From a virus (Duplodnaviria > Heunggongvirae > Uroviricota > Caudoviricetes), in the IMG/VR virus record IMGVR_UViG_3300035670_000071: a stretch of DNA of 42,575 bases; one strand, given 5' to 3'. Below, in pieces: positions 1 to 10,409 of the stretch (position 1 is its first letter; each line of letters begins with the position of its first letter). Both the position numbers and the translations under genes were made by a program. Below the pieces are notes generated by a model that was given only the letters and a program-made list of their open reading frames with translations, did no database searches and was not told the origin of the DNA.

Positions 1-1
1 T

Positions 2-3000
2 TTTCTGGAAATCTCCTGCATAATCTGCTATAAGATTATCTGTTACCCAACTTGATACTCCTTTTTCTGGCCCAAGTGCCCCAGCATAATTTCCTGGATA
101 CCCACCTGCCAAATTATCTCCTGTTGGAATATTTGGTTCAATGTTTGTTGGAATATCAGTTTGTGTTCCAGTCTCAACATTAACATTTACATTTGTGTCT
201 GCTCTTGTTGTAGTTGATGCTGGTGTGTTTGTTCTTGGTCTTACATCTGCTCTTATATATGTAGATGTTCTTGTTGATGGTCTTGGTGATGTAGGCAAAG
301 TCTCTGTAAGTGTAAGTGAAGCTGGTGCAGTAAACAATCCAACTTGTTGCATTAGATTTGCATTATATTCTGTTCTAACCCCTGATGCAATTTGTGTTGG
401 TGTAAGTATTCCTGATTTTGCATCTGAATATATTGTCTGTGCTTCTTCTAATGTTGCCCCAGATGACATTAAAGCAGACATAGCTTCGTGTTTAGATAAT
501 GATTTATCCTGAACTTGAGTTACAACCGCAGAAACAACTCCTGTTGGAACGTGCATTCCTCCTGCACCACCAGCATATGCAGCAACACTTGGGAATACTT
601 TCTCAAGTCCTGTAGCAATTAAGTCTCCTGGTAATTCAGCAACATCTGTAACATACGTTCCATACTTAGCAACAGCTCCCGCTCCTTGTTGAGCTGTCTT
701 ACCTACAAATCCTGTTGTTGCTGGTGCTGTAGCTCCTCCTACCATTAGTCCACCAATGGTTCCTGCAGATAAATAACCTACAGCTCCACCACCTAATATT
801 GTTGTTTCAGTATCAATAAGTTTTTGTTGTTTAACTTGTCTTGCAGTCATTATTGCAGTTCCTTCTACAAATCCTGCTTTTCCTACTTCAGTAAATCCTT
901 GGCCAAATCTTTGTGCATAGTTTACGAAAGCATTTTTAGATGTTCCAACTATTGGACCAGTAGCAGCTTGTTTAGCTGCAAATAAATGTCTTCCAAGTAA
1001 TTCTGAGCCTACGTTTGCACCTATAATTCCAACACCTTCTCCTATCTCTCCACCTGTTCTTGATTTTCTTAATTGTTTAGCAGCTTTTTCTGCATCTGCT
1101 TGTGAATATCCTTTATCCTTATAATATTGAGCAACCCCTACTTCGAAAGCATCTCCTTCTCCCCATATTGCTTTACCCATAGGCATCTCTGAAACAAATC
1201 CTTGTAACCAGTTTCCTTTTTCTTGAATAGCACCTTGTTCAAAGGCCATACCTCTTTGCATAGCTCCTCTTGCAAGAGTTCTATCGGAAGTTACCAATGA
1301 TACTGATTCATCATCACCAAAATATTTTGGAATCTCTGTTCCTAATTTAGCTCCACCTGCAGCAAATACAACTGGTTTAGCAAGAGCAACACCTGTCTTC
1401 AATACCGCACTCTTTGCAGCAGTTCCAAATGCTCCAACTCCTGTAGCTAAAAGTGCTGTATCTACAACACCCTCAACACCCTTCCAATTTACTTCTTCAA
1501 CAAACCCAAAGAACCCCTCTCCACGTTCTCCTTGTAATGGGTCTTCCCAATCGACAATATTTTTTCCAACATATTTTGTATAAGCACCTGGGCCAATACC
1601 AGTAACATAATCTGCAGCATCACCTAAACTTCTTGTCGCTTTTTTTGCTCTCCAAAGTTCAAACTCAGCCATTGCTTTTCCCGATGTAACAACATCTTTT
1701 AATGCTCCGCCTTGTTCTAATTCTGTTGAAAGTTCTCTTGCCTTTTCGGGATTCTCCTGTGCCCATTGAAGAAGGTCTTCTTGTTTATCTTCCTTCCACT
1801 CTCTTGCTGGTCCAGTGATAAGAGCATCTCCAATACTGGCTCCTATATCAGCAACAAATAATCCAAATCTATTAACTTGATTCAATGCTTTTGCTGGTGC
1901 ATTTGCCCACGACCAATCTACTTCCTCATCGAATTTTCTTGCTTCGATTCTTTTCTTTGTAACATCATCAAGCATATCTATCTTTTCAAGTCCTTCCTCG
2001 GTATAATTTCTTATAGTTGAAAATTTATCATTTGTAATGTCAGATAGTTCTTTTGCTTCATTAGTGAAAAAAGTAGCTTGTTGTTCTGGTGTTAGTTTTT
2101 CATACTCAGACCACTTCTCTGGATATTTCTGTCTAAGAACTTCAAAAGCTTCTTGTCTTTTCTTATCCTGTTCTTCAAGCGGCATAAGATATGTAGACTC
2201 GAAATCACCAACAAGTTTTTCTCTTTTAGTCAAAAGATTCTGATATGATGCATAATCTTCTGGGTCTAACTTAGGAACCAACTCTCCTGTTTCCTCTGAA
2301 TACTCATATGCAGCAGCATTATTTGAAACGAAATCATTTATCTGTGCATCTATTGTTACAATATTTGTATCATAATATTCTTGAGCCTTTTCATTAAGAC
2401 CTACTTGCACAACTGCCTCGCTATTTACATCTATAAGTAAGTTAGCAAACTCTTCAAGTTGAGCTTTTTGAGATTCATAATTATCATATTCTGTATTGAT
2501 ATACTTATTACTTAAGAAAAGATATACATCCTTTATATCATCTTGTTTTTTCTTATCATAATTAAATTTAGTTTCTGTATCTCCTTTCTCTCCAACCTGC
2601 ATTGCATATGACAAATCTCTGAGAGCTGTTTCAAAAGGAACTTGTGTAACTACATTTCCAAATTCACCTTCAAGATAATCTTGTTTATTCTTATATGTTC
2701 CATCATTGAATTTTTGTTTTACACTTCTTTCCCAAGCTTCTCTTTCTTCTATAGTGCTATATTTTGTTCCAAGAATACTCACATCTTTATCAGAACCTTT
2801 CAACACTGGCTCTCCTGCAATATTTACTACATCTTCGGGAGCTACAGACATCTTGAGAGCAATTTCATCTGCTCTTAATTTTTGTCCATACTCATTTGTG
2901 TATTCTGTTGCAGCACCAGTTGAATCAAGTGATGAAGGTAAATACCCTTCTGGCACATTTGTCATACCATAAGGAGAATAATTAGGGTCGGTGAATGCAT

Positions 3001-4750
3001 TAGGTGGATACATAGTTGATTGAGGTTGAGCAGGTTCTCTTTCGCTTCTTGGTTTTTCATCAAATATAGGATAAGTTGTTGTTCCAGAATCATACCCGAC
3101 AACCTTTCCTGAATCATCTTTTAAAGGAGTAAAAAGAGTATATCCTTTAGGGTCAGCAACATTTTGTTCTCCTATTTTATTTCCATCTTTATCAACAATA
3201 TATCCTTTGGTATCTACTCTTCCAACAATCTTACCAGACTCATCTTTAACTCTTTCCCCCGCTTTAGGTGGTTCAAATATTGTGAATGATGTTACCATAT
3301 CCATATCAGGAGATTCTACTTCTCTCATTTCTTTAGCTCTTCCTGCTTCAGACTTTCCTTCACCAGCAACAACATACTCTTCTATTCCGCTTCCGCTTAA
3401 GTCGGTATATGTTGCTACCTTAGCGTCCTCTGGAACAACTGTTGTATTAGGATTTACCTTGGCCCTAAGTTTTGCTTGGTCCTCTGGTGTTAACTGCACT
3501 GGTATATTTGTAAAATCTATTTGAGAGAAATCTATAGATACTTCTGGTTCTTTCGCTGTTGTTGGAGCACTAAGAATTTCTATTGGAACTTCAGCATATG
3601 CTGTTTGCATTTCCTGTGTATATTGTGTAGGGTCATCATCAGGTGCAATAGACATACCTGTCATTGTAAATCCTGTGAATGGACCTGCTTGTTGAGTTGA
3701 TACTTTAACATCAAGTTCTTTCTTTATATCATCATATGATTTACCAGTTGCTGATGTTTGTGTTCCAACTCCTGCAAGAACATTATTAGCATCAAATGAT
3801 TGTCCATATCTATCGAGTAATACTGTAGATAATTTATCTCTTTGTGTTTGCAACTGCTTTCCTTTTTTGCTATCTGCTTCAAAGAATCCTTTTTGATTAT
3901 ATCCATTTGCATCGGCATTAAATAATGATACATCTGTTGCTAACTTATCAGAAGACACTGCACTTCTTCCAGACTGCAAATTTAGTGTTTTATTTCTTCC
4001 TGTTTCTGCAGCCAATGATGATGTTGCCTGAGTCAGTCCACCAAACATTAATGCATCTGTCGATTGTTTTCCTGTTGACGTATCTGGTCTTGCTCTATCA
4101 ACTATAGTAGCAGCATTAACTTCTCCTCTTGATTGTGGCCTTTCATATGTTGCAAACGAAGTCATAAAATTTCCAGATGATGGTCTTGCATTAGCTACAC
4201 TTGCTGTTTGTCTTGTAGCTTGTTGTGACGCAACCCTTTCTCTTGCTTGTTGCAAAGATGATTGGGCCGCACCTGCAAGATTAGTCAATCCTACTACAGC
4301 CTTCTTTCCAGTGTCTGCAACACTTCTTCCATAATCGACTACTCCAGAAGCAATCTTCTGAAATATGTTTGAACTACTTCCTGATGAACTTGAACTTGAT
4401 GAACTTGAACTTGATGAACTTGAACTACTTCTTGAACTACTTGAAGAAGATGATGAAGAGCTAACGCTTGGTGCTCTTGATTGTTGTTGAGAAGAAGATT
4501 GCTGACTACTTGAATAAGGAGAAGAGGTAAATACACTTGTTGTAGGTTTAGATACACTTTGCTGTGAAGAACTCACTGGTTGTGAAGCTGGTTTCTGTGC
4601 AGTTGTTGTTTGTGTTACTGTAGTTGCTTTTGGAGCTACAACATTAGAAACAGTTTGAACTACACTTGAGACTCTTGAGCCTATAGCTGCGGCAGCAGAA
4701 GATACTGTGTTCTGTGCTACCTCCTTTGCTTTTTCCCACCAGGATGCCAT
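2..4750 (-). CDS. Giant (>1580 aa, 3'-partial) Ser/Thr/Gln-rich protein with Gly/Ala-rich hydrophobic segments; putative virion/DNA-delivery protein
   Basis: Not in the ORF track. ATG at 4750-4748 with SD GGCGAGGTG upstream. Manual translation (MASWWEKAKEVAQNTVSS...) stays open to the left window edge. Contains a poly-Ser run, an acidic helical middle and GA-rich hydrophobic stretches (e.g. TALLATGVGAFGTAAKSAV, ILGGGAVGYLSAGTIGGLMVGGA). Function is inferred only. Confidence 0.8.
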   Translation of the reverse strand, partial: MASWWEKAKEVAQNTVSSAAAAIGSRVSSVVQTVSNVVAPKATTVTQTTTAQKPASQPVSSSQQSVSKPTTSVFTSSPYSSSQQSSSQQQSRAPSVSSSSSSSSSSRSSSSSSSSSSSSSSSSGSSSNIFQKIASGVVDYGRSVADTGKKAVVGLTNLAGAAQSSLQQARERVASQQATRQTASVANARPSSGNFMTSFATYERPQSRGEVNAATIVDRARPDTSTGKQSTDALMFGGLTQATSSLAAETGRNKTLNLQSGRSAVSSDKLATDVSLFNADANGYNQKGFFEADSKKGKQLQTQRDKLSTVLLDRYGQSFDANNVLAGVGTQTSATGKSYDDIKKELDVKVSTQQAGPFTGFTMTGMSIAPDDDPTQYTQEMQTAYAEVPIEILSAPTTAKEPEVSIDFSQIDFTNIPVQLTPEDQAKLRAKVNPNTTVVPEDAKVATYTDLSGSGIEEYVVAGEGKSEAGRAKEMREVESPDMDMVTSFTIFEPPKAGERVKDESGKIVGRVDTKGYIVDKDGNKIGEQNVADPKGYTLFTPLKDDSGKVVGYDSGTTTYPIFDEKPRSEREPAQPQSTMYPPNAFTDPNYSPYGMTNVPEGYLPSSLDSTGAATEYTNEYGQKLRADEIALKMSVAPEDVVNIAGEPVLKGSDKDVSILGTKYSTIEEREAWERSVKQKFNDGTYKNKQDYLEGEFGNVVTQVPFETALRDLSYAMQVGEKGDTETKFNYDKKKQDDIKDVYLFLSNKYINTEYDNYESQKAQLEEFANLLIDVNSEAVVQVGLNEKAQEYYDTNIVTIDAQINDFVSNNAAAYEYSEETGELVPKLDPEDYASYQNLLTKREKLVGDFESTYLMPLEEQDKKRQEAFEVLRQKYPEKWSEYEKLTPEQQATFFTNEAKELSDITNDKFSTIRNYTEEGLEKIDMLDDVTKKRIEARKFDEEVDWSWANAPAKALNQVNRFGLFVADIGASIGDALITGPAREWKEDKQEDLLQWAQENPEKARELSTELEQGGALKDVVTSGKAMAEFELWRAKKATRSLGDAADYVTGIGPGAYTKYVGKNIVDWEDPLQGERGEGFFGFVEEVNWKGVEGVVDTALLATGVGAFGTAAKSAVLKTGVALAKPVVFAAGGAKLGTEIPKYFGDDESVSLVTSDRTLARGAMQRGMAFEQGAIQEKGNWLQGFVSEMPMGKAIWGEGDAFEVGVAQYYKDKGYSQADAEKAAKQLRKSRTGGEIGEGVGIIGANVGSELLGRHLFAAKQAATGPIVGTSKNAFVNYAQRFGQGFTEVGKAGFVEGTAIMTARQVKQQKLIDTETTILGGGAVGYLSAGTIGGLMVGGATAPATTGFVGKTAQQGAGAVAKYGTYVTDVAELPGDLIATGLEKVFPSVAAYAGGAGGMHVPTGVVSAVVTQVQDKSLSKHEAMSALMSSGATLEEAQTIYSDAKSGILTPTQIASGVRTEYNANLMQQVGLFTAPASLTLTETLPTSPRPSTRTSTYIRADVRPRTNTPASTTTRADTNVNVNVETGTQTDIPTNIEPNIPTGDNLAGGYPGNYAGALGPEKGVSSWVTDNLIADYAGDFQK
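4382..4426. repeat. 3 perfect tandem copies of 15-bp TGATGAACTTGAACT, encoding the poly-Ser tract of the giant ORF
   Basis: Read directly: 4382-4396, 4397-4411, 4412-4426. Confidence 0.9.
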
Positions 4751-4805
4751 TTTAACTAAACACCTCGCCTACTTCTTTCATAGAGTGATGACTTGTCATA
4801 TCATC

Positions 4806-4839
4806 TTTAAAAGCCATTGCCTTTATATATATATTTTTT
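4806..4839 (-). promoter_or_regulatory. Class-2 (putative late) promoter AAAAAATATATATATAAA-N10-TTTAAA
   Basis: Minus strand reads AAAAAATATATATATAAAGGCAATGGCTTTTAAA. The same motif occurs at 5976-6010 (-) and 17703-17738 (+). Confidence 0.7.
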
Positions 4840-4861
4840 ATCTAATGGAAGAAATAGAGAT

Positions 4862-5968
4862 TTATTGTATACGCTTGACTACTGGTGCTGGGCCTGTGCT
4901 TCCTGGAGCACGAACTTGTATTAAAACTGGCTTCCCACCAATAACTTCTACTCCAGTTCCAGAACTATGCTGATATGTCTGTTTTTTTCCATCAACTACA
5001 ACAGAAGTGGTTTTAAACTCTTGTTGAGGTTGTTGTGTGACAACTGGTTTTGCTGCTTTAAAAGAATATTCTGTTGTAGGCCTATTATAATCTGTCTGCA
5101 TTCCAGATGTATAATCAACAACTTTCTTAAGATATGTTCCATATTCTTCTTTACTTCGCCCAGACTCATAATCACGTTGTTCTTTCTTATAATCATCCCA
5201 CATCTGGGACATCTTCTTTCTATTATTCTCAAATATGGTTTCCTCAGCTACCATAACTCCTTTCTTTCTTTCGTAGCCGTCATCATCTGATTCCTCATAG
5301 GTGCTATAGTCTTTTCTCTTCACAACCTTAAGAAGATTACCTTGTTTATCAAGAATAGCCTCAACAGGAATATATGTGCCATAATCCTTTTTTGATTTAT
5401 CTCCAGACCTTCGTTTAGATGTTAAATATTGTTTTTCCCCTGCTAATATCTTAAACCCATCATCTGTAGCAACTTTTGTATATCCTTCTGGTGTGAATGC
5501 TTCAACACCTTTTAATTGAATCTGTCCATAACCCATTGGGTCATCAACATATTTAAATTTCTGGAATCCTGTAAGAACATCAATCTTTGAACCTTGTCTA
5601 AGAACTTGAGCATCATCACCATATTCAGACTTTATGTTAGTCATCCAAGCCTGAGTATTTTTCTCCTTTGTTTGTCTTCTTCCTATCTCTGCATTCTTAT
5701 CTCTAAAATAACCCATCTTTGTTTCTCTTGTCTTAGGAGCAAATATATCCCACGAAGAATATTTCGATGGTTTTTGAGTAGTAGTTGTTTGCCCTACTTG
5801 AGGAGCTGCAAACGAAGAAGTTAAAGAGTTTTGTCTCAATTGCTGTTCGGCAAGAAGCTTTTGTTTTTCGGCAAATATATCTTTCTGGAGTTCTCTACCT
5901 ATAATGTTCTTTTCTACAGTTCTAAATGCTCCTACCTTGCCACGCATAGGGCCTGTTGCCGTAACCAT
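4862..5968 (-). CDS. Hypothetical 368-aa protein, possibly structural
   Basis: Long ORF on the gene-dense strand with its own class-2 promoter about 24 nt upstream (leaderless geometry). No motif recognised. Confidence 0.75.
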   Translation of the reverse strand: MVTATGPMRGKVGAFRTVEKNIIGRELQKDIFAEKQKLLAEQQLRQNSLTSSFAAPQVGQTTTTQKPSKYSSWDIFAPKTRETKMGYFRDKNAEIGRRQTKEKNTQAWMTNIKSEYGDDAQVLRQGSKIDVLTGFQKFKYVDDPMGYGQIQLKGVEAFTPEGYTKVATDDGFKILAGEKQYLTSKRRSGDKSKKDYGTYIPVEAILDKQGNLLKVVKRKDYSTYEESDDDGYERKKGVMVAEETIFENNRKKMSQMWDDYKKEQRDYESGRSKEEYGTYLKKVVDYTSGMQTDYNRPTTEYSFKAAKPVVTQQPQQEFKTTSVVVDGKKQTYQHSSGTGVEVIGGKPVLIQVRAPGSTGPAPVVKRIQ

Positions 5969-5975
5969 AATTGGA

Positions 5976-6010
5976 TTTAAATGGCTCTGCCTTTATATAT
6001 ATATTTTTTT
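5976..6010 (-). promoter_or_regulatory. Class-2 (putative late) promoter
   Basis: Minus strand reads AAAAAAATATATATATAAAGGCAGAGCCATTTAAA, 7 nt before the ATG at 5968. Confidence 0.7.
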
Positions 6011-6016
6011 GCAATA

Positions 6017-6547
6017 TCAAAAAACAGGCGGCCTTGATTCGTGGTCTTTCACCCATTCAATATGAGTGATGATACCCATCTCCAAAAGTTTATTCGCAAT
6101 GTTGTTATCTGAAACAGCACCATATCCTTTCTCATAAGCTTCACTTACTTTTGTTGCCGTAAGTATCTTTGTCTTAAAGTGCTTATTCAGATTCTCATCC
6201 TTGGGCATATCCTTCTTGAAAAGCACACCAAGTGGTTTATAGAAATCTTGGATGTCTTTCATCTCATCCGCTTCCTGTTCTTCTGTGCCTTGTATGATTA
6301 GCTTCTGCCACTCAATAAGATAATTCAAGTCTTCAACTTCCTCATCCTTTGTTAGAACAAATTTTAGACCACTATATTTCTGGTCCTCCTTTGCCGAAGC
6401 ATTTGCTTTCTTTGTTGCCTGTGATAATCCAGACTTAATCATAGTCCAGATATGTTCTTGAAAACTTAAGATACCTTGCAGTTTCTCGCCTTGCCTTTTC
6501 AGCCATCTTCGTGGCACCCTTCTACCCACGTTGAAGTATATTGTCAT
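6017..6547 (-). CDS. Hypothetical protein (176 aa)
   Basis: ATGA overlap with the upstream ORF, operon-like. No motif recognised. Confidence 0.75.
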   Translation of the reverse strand: MTIYFNVGRRVPRRWLKRQGEKLQGILSFQEHIWTMIKSGLSQATKKANASAKEDQKYSGLKFVLTKDEEVEDLNYLIEWQKLIIQGTEEQEADEMKDIQDFYKPLGVLFKKDMPKDENLNKHFKTKILTATKVSEAYEKGYGAVSDNNIANKLLEMGIITHIEWVKDHESRPPVF

Positions 6548-7089
6548 TTTTTCTTCCCTCCTCTAAGCAGGACAGATAAGTCCGATTTCTGCAACCCTGC
6601 TTTACCCAGTATATAATTCATCCCAAGCGGGAATAAAATAATAAACACAACTGCCCAAGCTAAGGATATACTAATGTTACTAATGAACAGGATATATTTA
6701 AATGTTCTGAATATCACAATATATATTGCTATAGTTAGTAGAAGCTTATTTAACCATAACCAAGTGAACTTCCACTTTCCACTGCTACCGCTTCCATACT
6801 TAAGTGCTATAAATTCTTTTTGCTGTTCAATCGTTTTTACAGGAATACATCGAAGTTCATCAAGTCTCCTATTGTTTTCTGCAACTCCTTTTCGAGCATC
6901 TTTATTTGTAAGCATCTTAAAAATGTATTTGACATAGTATGTAATCACAACCAACACAAGTATACCTGGTATACCTACACTTGGTGCAGATAAAAATTTC
7001 ACAAAGAGTGCTAACACACCGAGTGCCAAAAGAGGCACCATCATAATTGGTGATGACATCACATTCCGATAAATGTTTTTTATATCCAT
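6544..7089 (-). CDS. Membrane protein (about 4 TM segments)
   Basis: Two pairs of hydrophobic helices separated by a charged loop. Confidence 0.75.
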   Translation of the reverse strand: MDIKNIYRNVMSSPIMMVPLLALGVLALFVKFLSAPSVGIPGILVLVVITYYVKYIFKMLTNKDARKGVAENNRRLDELRCIPVKTIEQQKEFIALKYGSGSSGKWKFTWLWLNKLLLTIAIYIVIFRTFKYILFISNISISLAWAVVFIILFPLGMNYILGKAGLQKSDLSVLLRGGKKK

Positions 7090-7493
7090 TTTTTTATATT
7101 CCCCTCAAACAATACTCTCTCTCCATCTTGCTCAACCCATTTATTATCATCGAGCTTCCAGTGTCTGCCAAGCTTGATATAGAATCTGCTAATCTTTTCA
7201 TAGTCGACAAAATAATAAACATCACTTCCCACATTCTTTCCTTCAACAAGTATAAAATAATTTTTCTGTTCGTGATAAAATATTGCCATACCAAATCTTG
7301 TTCCTGGTATTGCCATCTTGCAAAGGTCGCCACGCTTAAGGACCTTGCTGAGTTTCCTACGTAGTATGAACTGAAATGTTCCATTATCCTTCTCCTCTTC
7401 AAGAAGGGTATTATAAGTGTGAGGCCGTTTTCGACATTCGTCGATAACAAGGCTAACATCATATACCCTTGCCTGGACTTCTTCCTTTGTCAT
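7080..7493 (-). CDS. Hypothetical protein, possible N-terminal winged helix
   Basis: Operonic ORF. The helix/helix/strand pattern (ILRRKLSKVLKRGDLCK) resembles wHTH, but weakly. Confidence 0.6.
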   Translation of the reverse strand: MTKEEVQARVYDVSLVIDECRKRPHTYNTLLEEEKDNGTFQFILRRKLSKVLKRGDLCKMAIPGTRFGMAIFYHEQKNYFILVEGKNVGSDVYYFVDYEKISRFYIKLGRHWKLDDNKWVEQDGERVLFEGNIKKWI

Positions 7494-7496
7494 TGT

Positions 7497-8585
7497 TCAT
7501 AGTTTCATTGATTCTTCACGAACCTTACTGATTAAGTGTTTCGCATCTGTCAATATATCACTGACGTTTGTCTTCGATATGGGTATATCATATTCATTCT
7601 TGATATGCAATATTATACGATTCATCGACAGCGTTGTATCGTGCATCATAATATCTCTCAAAGAAAGAACCAGCAATGCACGATGCACATCTTCTGAAGA
7701 TACGTCTGCTAACACATTGTCATCATCATAAATGTTCTTCTCTCTCACCATCAGGTATCTATCGTATAGCCATCTCGGTGGTTTAGGGAATTTAATGATA
7801 CGCCAGAAGTTCGGGTGCTTCTTCAGAATCTCCTGAACCTTTGATATATTGGTGAACTCCGTATAGGAACCAATCTTCTGGAACTCTTTCATTCTCCACG
7901 AATCCTGAACTGGGTTTCTATCCTTAACATAGATAGCACCAACTCCTCTTCCAAACAAGTCAATCCAATAGTTTACATAAGACTCAAGGTATGTCTTCTC
8001 AAGCTTGTAAATCTTAAGAGGGAAGCAAAGAATATACAATAGGTGTTTGGTTCTTACCTGTGCAAGTTTCTTCTTCAGTTCCTTATTCTCTTTTCTGTTC
8101 CAATCTGCTGCTGATGCGAATCTGATAGCCTCGTCGCAAATGATTGGCTCGAACTTATTCAACTGGTCAATCTTTCTCATAACATCGCCGTTGTTATATG
8201 CGATGTGTCTGTTAGGGTCGAACTTGATTCCGATAATCTTACACCATTCCCTTGCCAACATAATGGCTGCGGATGATTTACCAGTTCCTTTTTCCGACGT
8301 GAGTAGAATCATACTATCGTAGTTTGCGATGTTACGATACAATAGGTGTCTTGCAAAATCACCAAATACATAGAAGCCTTTTCTTGGTGCAGTGTTGTCA
8401 TCAAAGTATGCCTTACCTTCTTCGTGCTGCATCTCTTGAATTATGAACAGAACATCCTGATAAGTAAATACCTTCTTGTCCCAAGGAGTCTCTACACCCC
8501 AGTTTTGTTTTATGATTTCGGCAATCAACTTCTGTTTACCAAAACCCAATTTGTTCTCTTCTACGTCTGAGTTCTCCATTGACAT
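7497..8585 (-). CDS. P-loop ATPase, FtsK/HerA/A32/Zot-like; candidate genome-packaging or extrusion ATPase
   Basis: Walker A SEKGTGKS, Walker B IICDE, downstream QVRTKH plus hydrophobic strand (Arg-finger position). C-terminal helical HTH-like tail. Confidence 0.7.
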   Translation of the reverse strand: MSMENSDVEENKLGFGKQKLIAEIIKQNWGVETPWDKKVFTYQDVLFIIQEMQHEEGKAYFDDNTAPRKGFYVFGDFARHLLYRNIANYDSMILLTSEKGTGKSSAAIMLAREWCKIIGIKFDPNRHIAYNNGDVMRKIDQLNKFEPIICDEAIRFASAADWNRKENKELKKKLAQVRTKHLLYILCFPLKIYKLEKTYLESYVNYWIDLFGRGVGAIYVKDRNPVQDSWRMKEFQKIGSYTEFTNISKVQEILKKHPNFWRIIKFPKPPRWLYDRYLMVREKNIYDDDNVLADVSSEDVHRALLVLSLRDIMMHDTTLSMNRIILHIKNEYDIPISKTNVSDILTDAKHLISKVREESMKL

Positions 8586-8587
8586 TG

Positions 8588-9868
8588 TTAGTTTAAGACA
8601 AGCCTGTCTCCCTCCCTATAAATGATTTCTCTATAATCCGTTGAAAGCTCCTCGAATAATTCTGCCCTTTTATCTCCGTAATCTTCCTCAATAGTCTGAA
8701 CACAATATATTTGATAAAGATAACTTGATTTATCTTTCTTCCTTAATACTCTTCCCATACGCTGAATGGTTTGTTTAGGAGAGCTGTCACCAGCCATAAT
8801 GATTGCGACATCAAGCTTCGGAAGATTATATCCTTCATCGAGAACCTTACTCGTCAATAAGACATTGAATTTATCATTCCTGAAATCAATAAGTGTCTGG
8901 TCCCGTGTCTCTTTCGGAATCTCACTATGTATAACTCTCGCCTTGATTCCTATATCGAGCAGTTCCCAATACAGTTTATTTGTCTGCTTGTTGAACTGAT
9001 TAAATATTATGACTTTATCTTTTTTGTGTTTCTTAACAATCTCTTTTGCAACTTCGAACTTCAAGTGATAATTATTGACAAGTTCTTTCCTATCATTCAT
9101 CTTCGAGAGCATTGTAAGTTTTATTGGAGACTTGCCTTTCATTATTCTATTGAACCCACCACCAGCTCTGAATATCATATTGAGAGCTTGAGTAAGTTCT
9201 TCATATTGGTCATATGAATCGCTGTCCATAACGACACCAACATTGACAAACATAAATGGATTAAGAACTTGGTCGGCCAATGCTTCCGACGGAGAATACT
9301 TAAAGATATTATAATCAAACATCTCAAATATTTTATAATGAGTATTATCCATTCTTTCAACCGTCGCTGTCAATCCTAATTTATACTTGACAGGATAGGA
9401 AACATACTCAAGCAATCTGGTTGTTCCATAATTATGCAGCTCGTCAAATATTATGAAATCAAAAAGCTGTAAAGCAATCTTATCAAGGTTCTGCATATTT
9501 GTTATTGTTATTGGCCCATACTCTTTTATGTGACCATAGAATATACCAATATTCTGAATAGGAACTCCTGCGTCGGAAAGTTCTTTATACCAACCAGTTT
9601 CCATAATGACATTCTTAGGAACAACAATCAACGCTTTTGCATAAGGGTCTTTCTCCCAAATCTGTCTCATTATTTTAATAGCTACAAATGTTTTTCCTGC
9701 ACCTGTAGTTACTTCAAATATTGCTTTATGATTATGCGTGAAGAAAAAGTCTATTGCCTCAATCTGCCATCTATAGAGTTCTATTGATTTCTCTTTCATC
9801 TCTATAGCAAAATCTGAAACAAGGTGATGCCCATCATCAATATGTATTCCAAACTTATCTTCATCCAT
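8588..9868 (-). CDS. Superfamily 2 helicase (XPB/Rad25/UvsW-like)
   Basis: Q motif LYRWQ, motif I TTGAGKT, II DELH, III LTAT, V LDEGYNLP, VI QRMGRVLR. Confidence 0.9.
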   Translation of the reverse strand: MDEDKFGIHIDDGHHLVSDFAIEMKEKSIELYRWQIEAIDFFFTHNHKAIFEVTTGAGKTFVAIKIMRQIWEKDPYAKALIVVPKNVIMETGWYKELSDAGVPIQNIGIFYGHIKEYGPITITNMQNLDKIALQLFDFIIFDELHNYGTTRLLEYVSYPVKYKLGLTATVERMDNTHYKIFEMFDYNIFKYSPSEALADQVLNPFMFVNVGVVMDSDSYDQYEELTQALNMIFRAGGGFNRIMKGKSPIKLTMLSKMNDRKELVNNYHLKFEVAKEIVKKHKKDKVIIFNQFNKQTNKLYWELLDIGIKARVIHSEIPKETRDQTLIDFRNDKFNVLLTSKVLDEGYNLPKLDVAIIMAGDSSPKQTIQRMGRVLRKKDKSSYLYQIYCVQTIEEDYGDKRAELFEELSTDYREIIYREGDRLVLN

Positions 9869-10087
9869 TCATAACACCCACAACAAAAGCAACACATAAA
9901 ATGCAGGGAACCACGTAGCTAAAAAATTTGCTATACGTGCAATCCGCATTTCTTCTTCTGTAAATTCTTCTGTCGTCTTTCTTTTATCATAATGTCTTGA
10001 AACTAAAATTATTCCCACGTGCAAAATAATATAAAGAAAAAAATATCCGACAAGAACCATTGGGTCAAGTTTACTTATTTCCGTCAT
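9869..10087 (-). CDS. Small membrane protein (2 TM)
   Basis: Two hydrophobic segments; operonic spacing. Confidence 0.7.
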   Translation of the reverse strand: MTEISKLDPMVLVGYFFLYIILHVGIILVSRHYDKRKTTEEFTEEEMRIARIANFLATWFPAFYVLLLLWVL

Positions 10088-10409
10088 TACTTTCTCCTCC
10101 TAACACAATCTTCTTGCCTTGAGCCAACAGCAACATATTCTCTCTATGTTTTGTGTTCTGGTCCAGCATATCCTTCATTATTCCAAGACTGCGTTTACCT
10201 TCATTAAATGTTTTCTCAATCTTGAAAAGATAAGCATACATCCCCGTAACATCGTCGTAGTTTACCTTATCGTGGCATTCTCTGCAGATAGGAATCATAA
10301 TATTTTTCTCTGGTTTAAGATGCTGAGGTATTCCGTGATGAATTGTCATATTGGGTTTTGCTTTACCACACATCCAGCAATCCTTATCGTGGACTGTTAT
10401 ACTTGTCAT
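10071..10409 (-). CDS. HNH endonuclease-like zinc-binding protein
   Basis: CWMC...IHHGIP...N..PICRECH. Start moved to ATG 10409 because of SD GGGGTG. Confidence 0.8.
   Translation of the reverse strand: MTSITVHDKDCWMCGKAKPNMTIHHGIPQHLKPEKNIMIPICRECHDKVNYDDVTGMYAYLFKIEKTFNEGKRSLGIMKDMLDQNTKHRENMLLLAQGKKIVLGGESNDGNK

Noticed and set aside
141-4973. Plus-strand and short minus-strand ORFs in the track across 1-5 kb (e.g. 141-512, 3207-3524, 4339-4557)
   Set aside because: They are antisense or alternative-frame shadows of the giant minus-strand ORF, with no SD or coding-like composition. The same applies to most short antisense ORFs listed over the long genes elsewhere.
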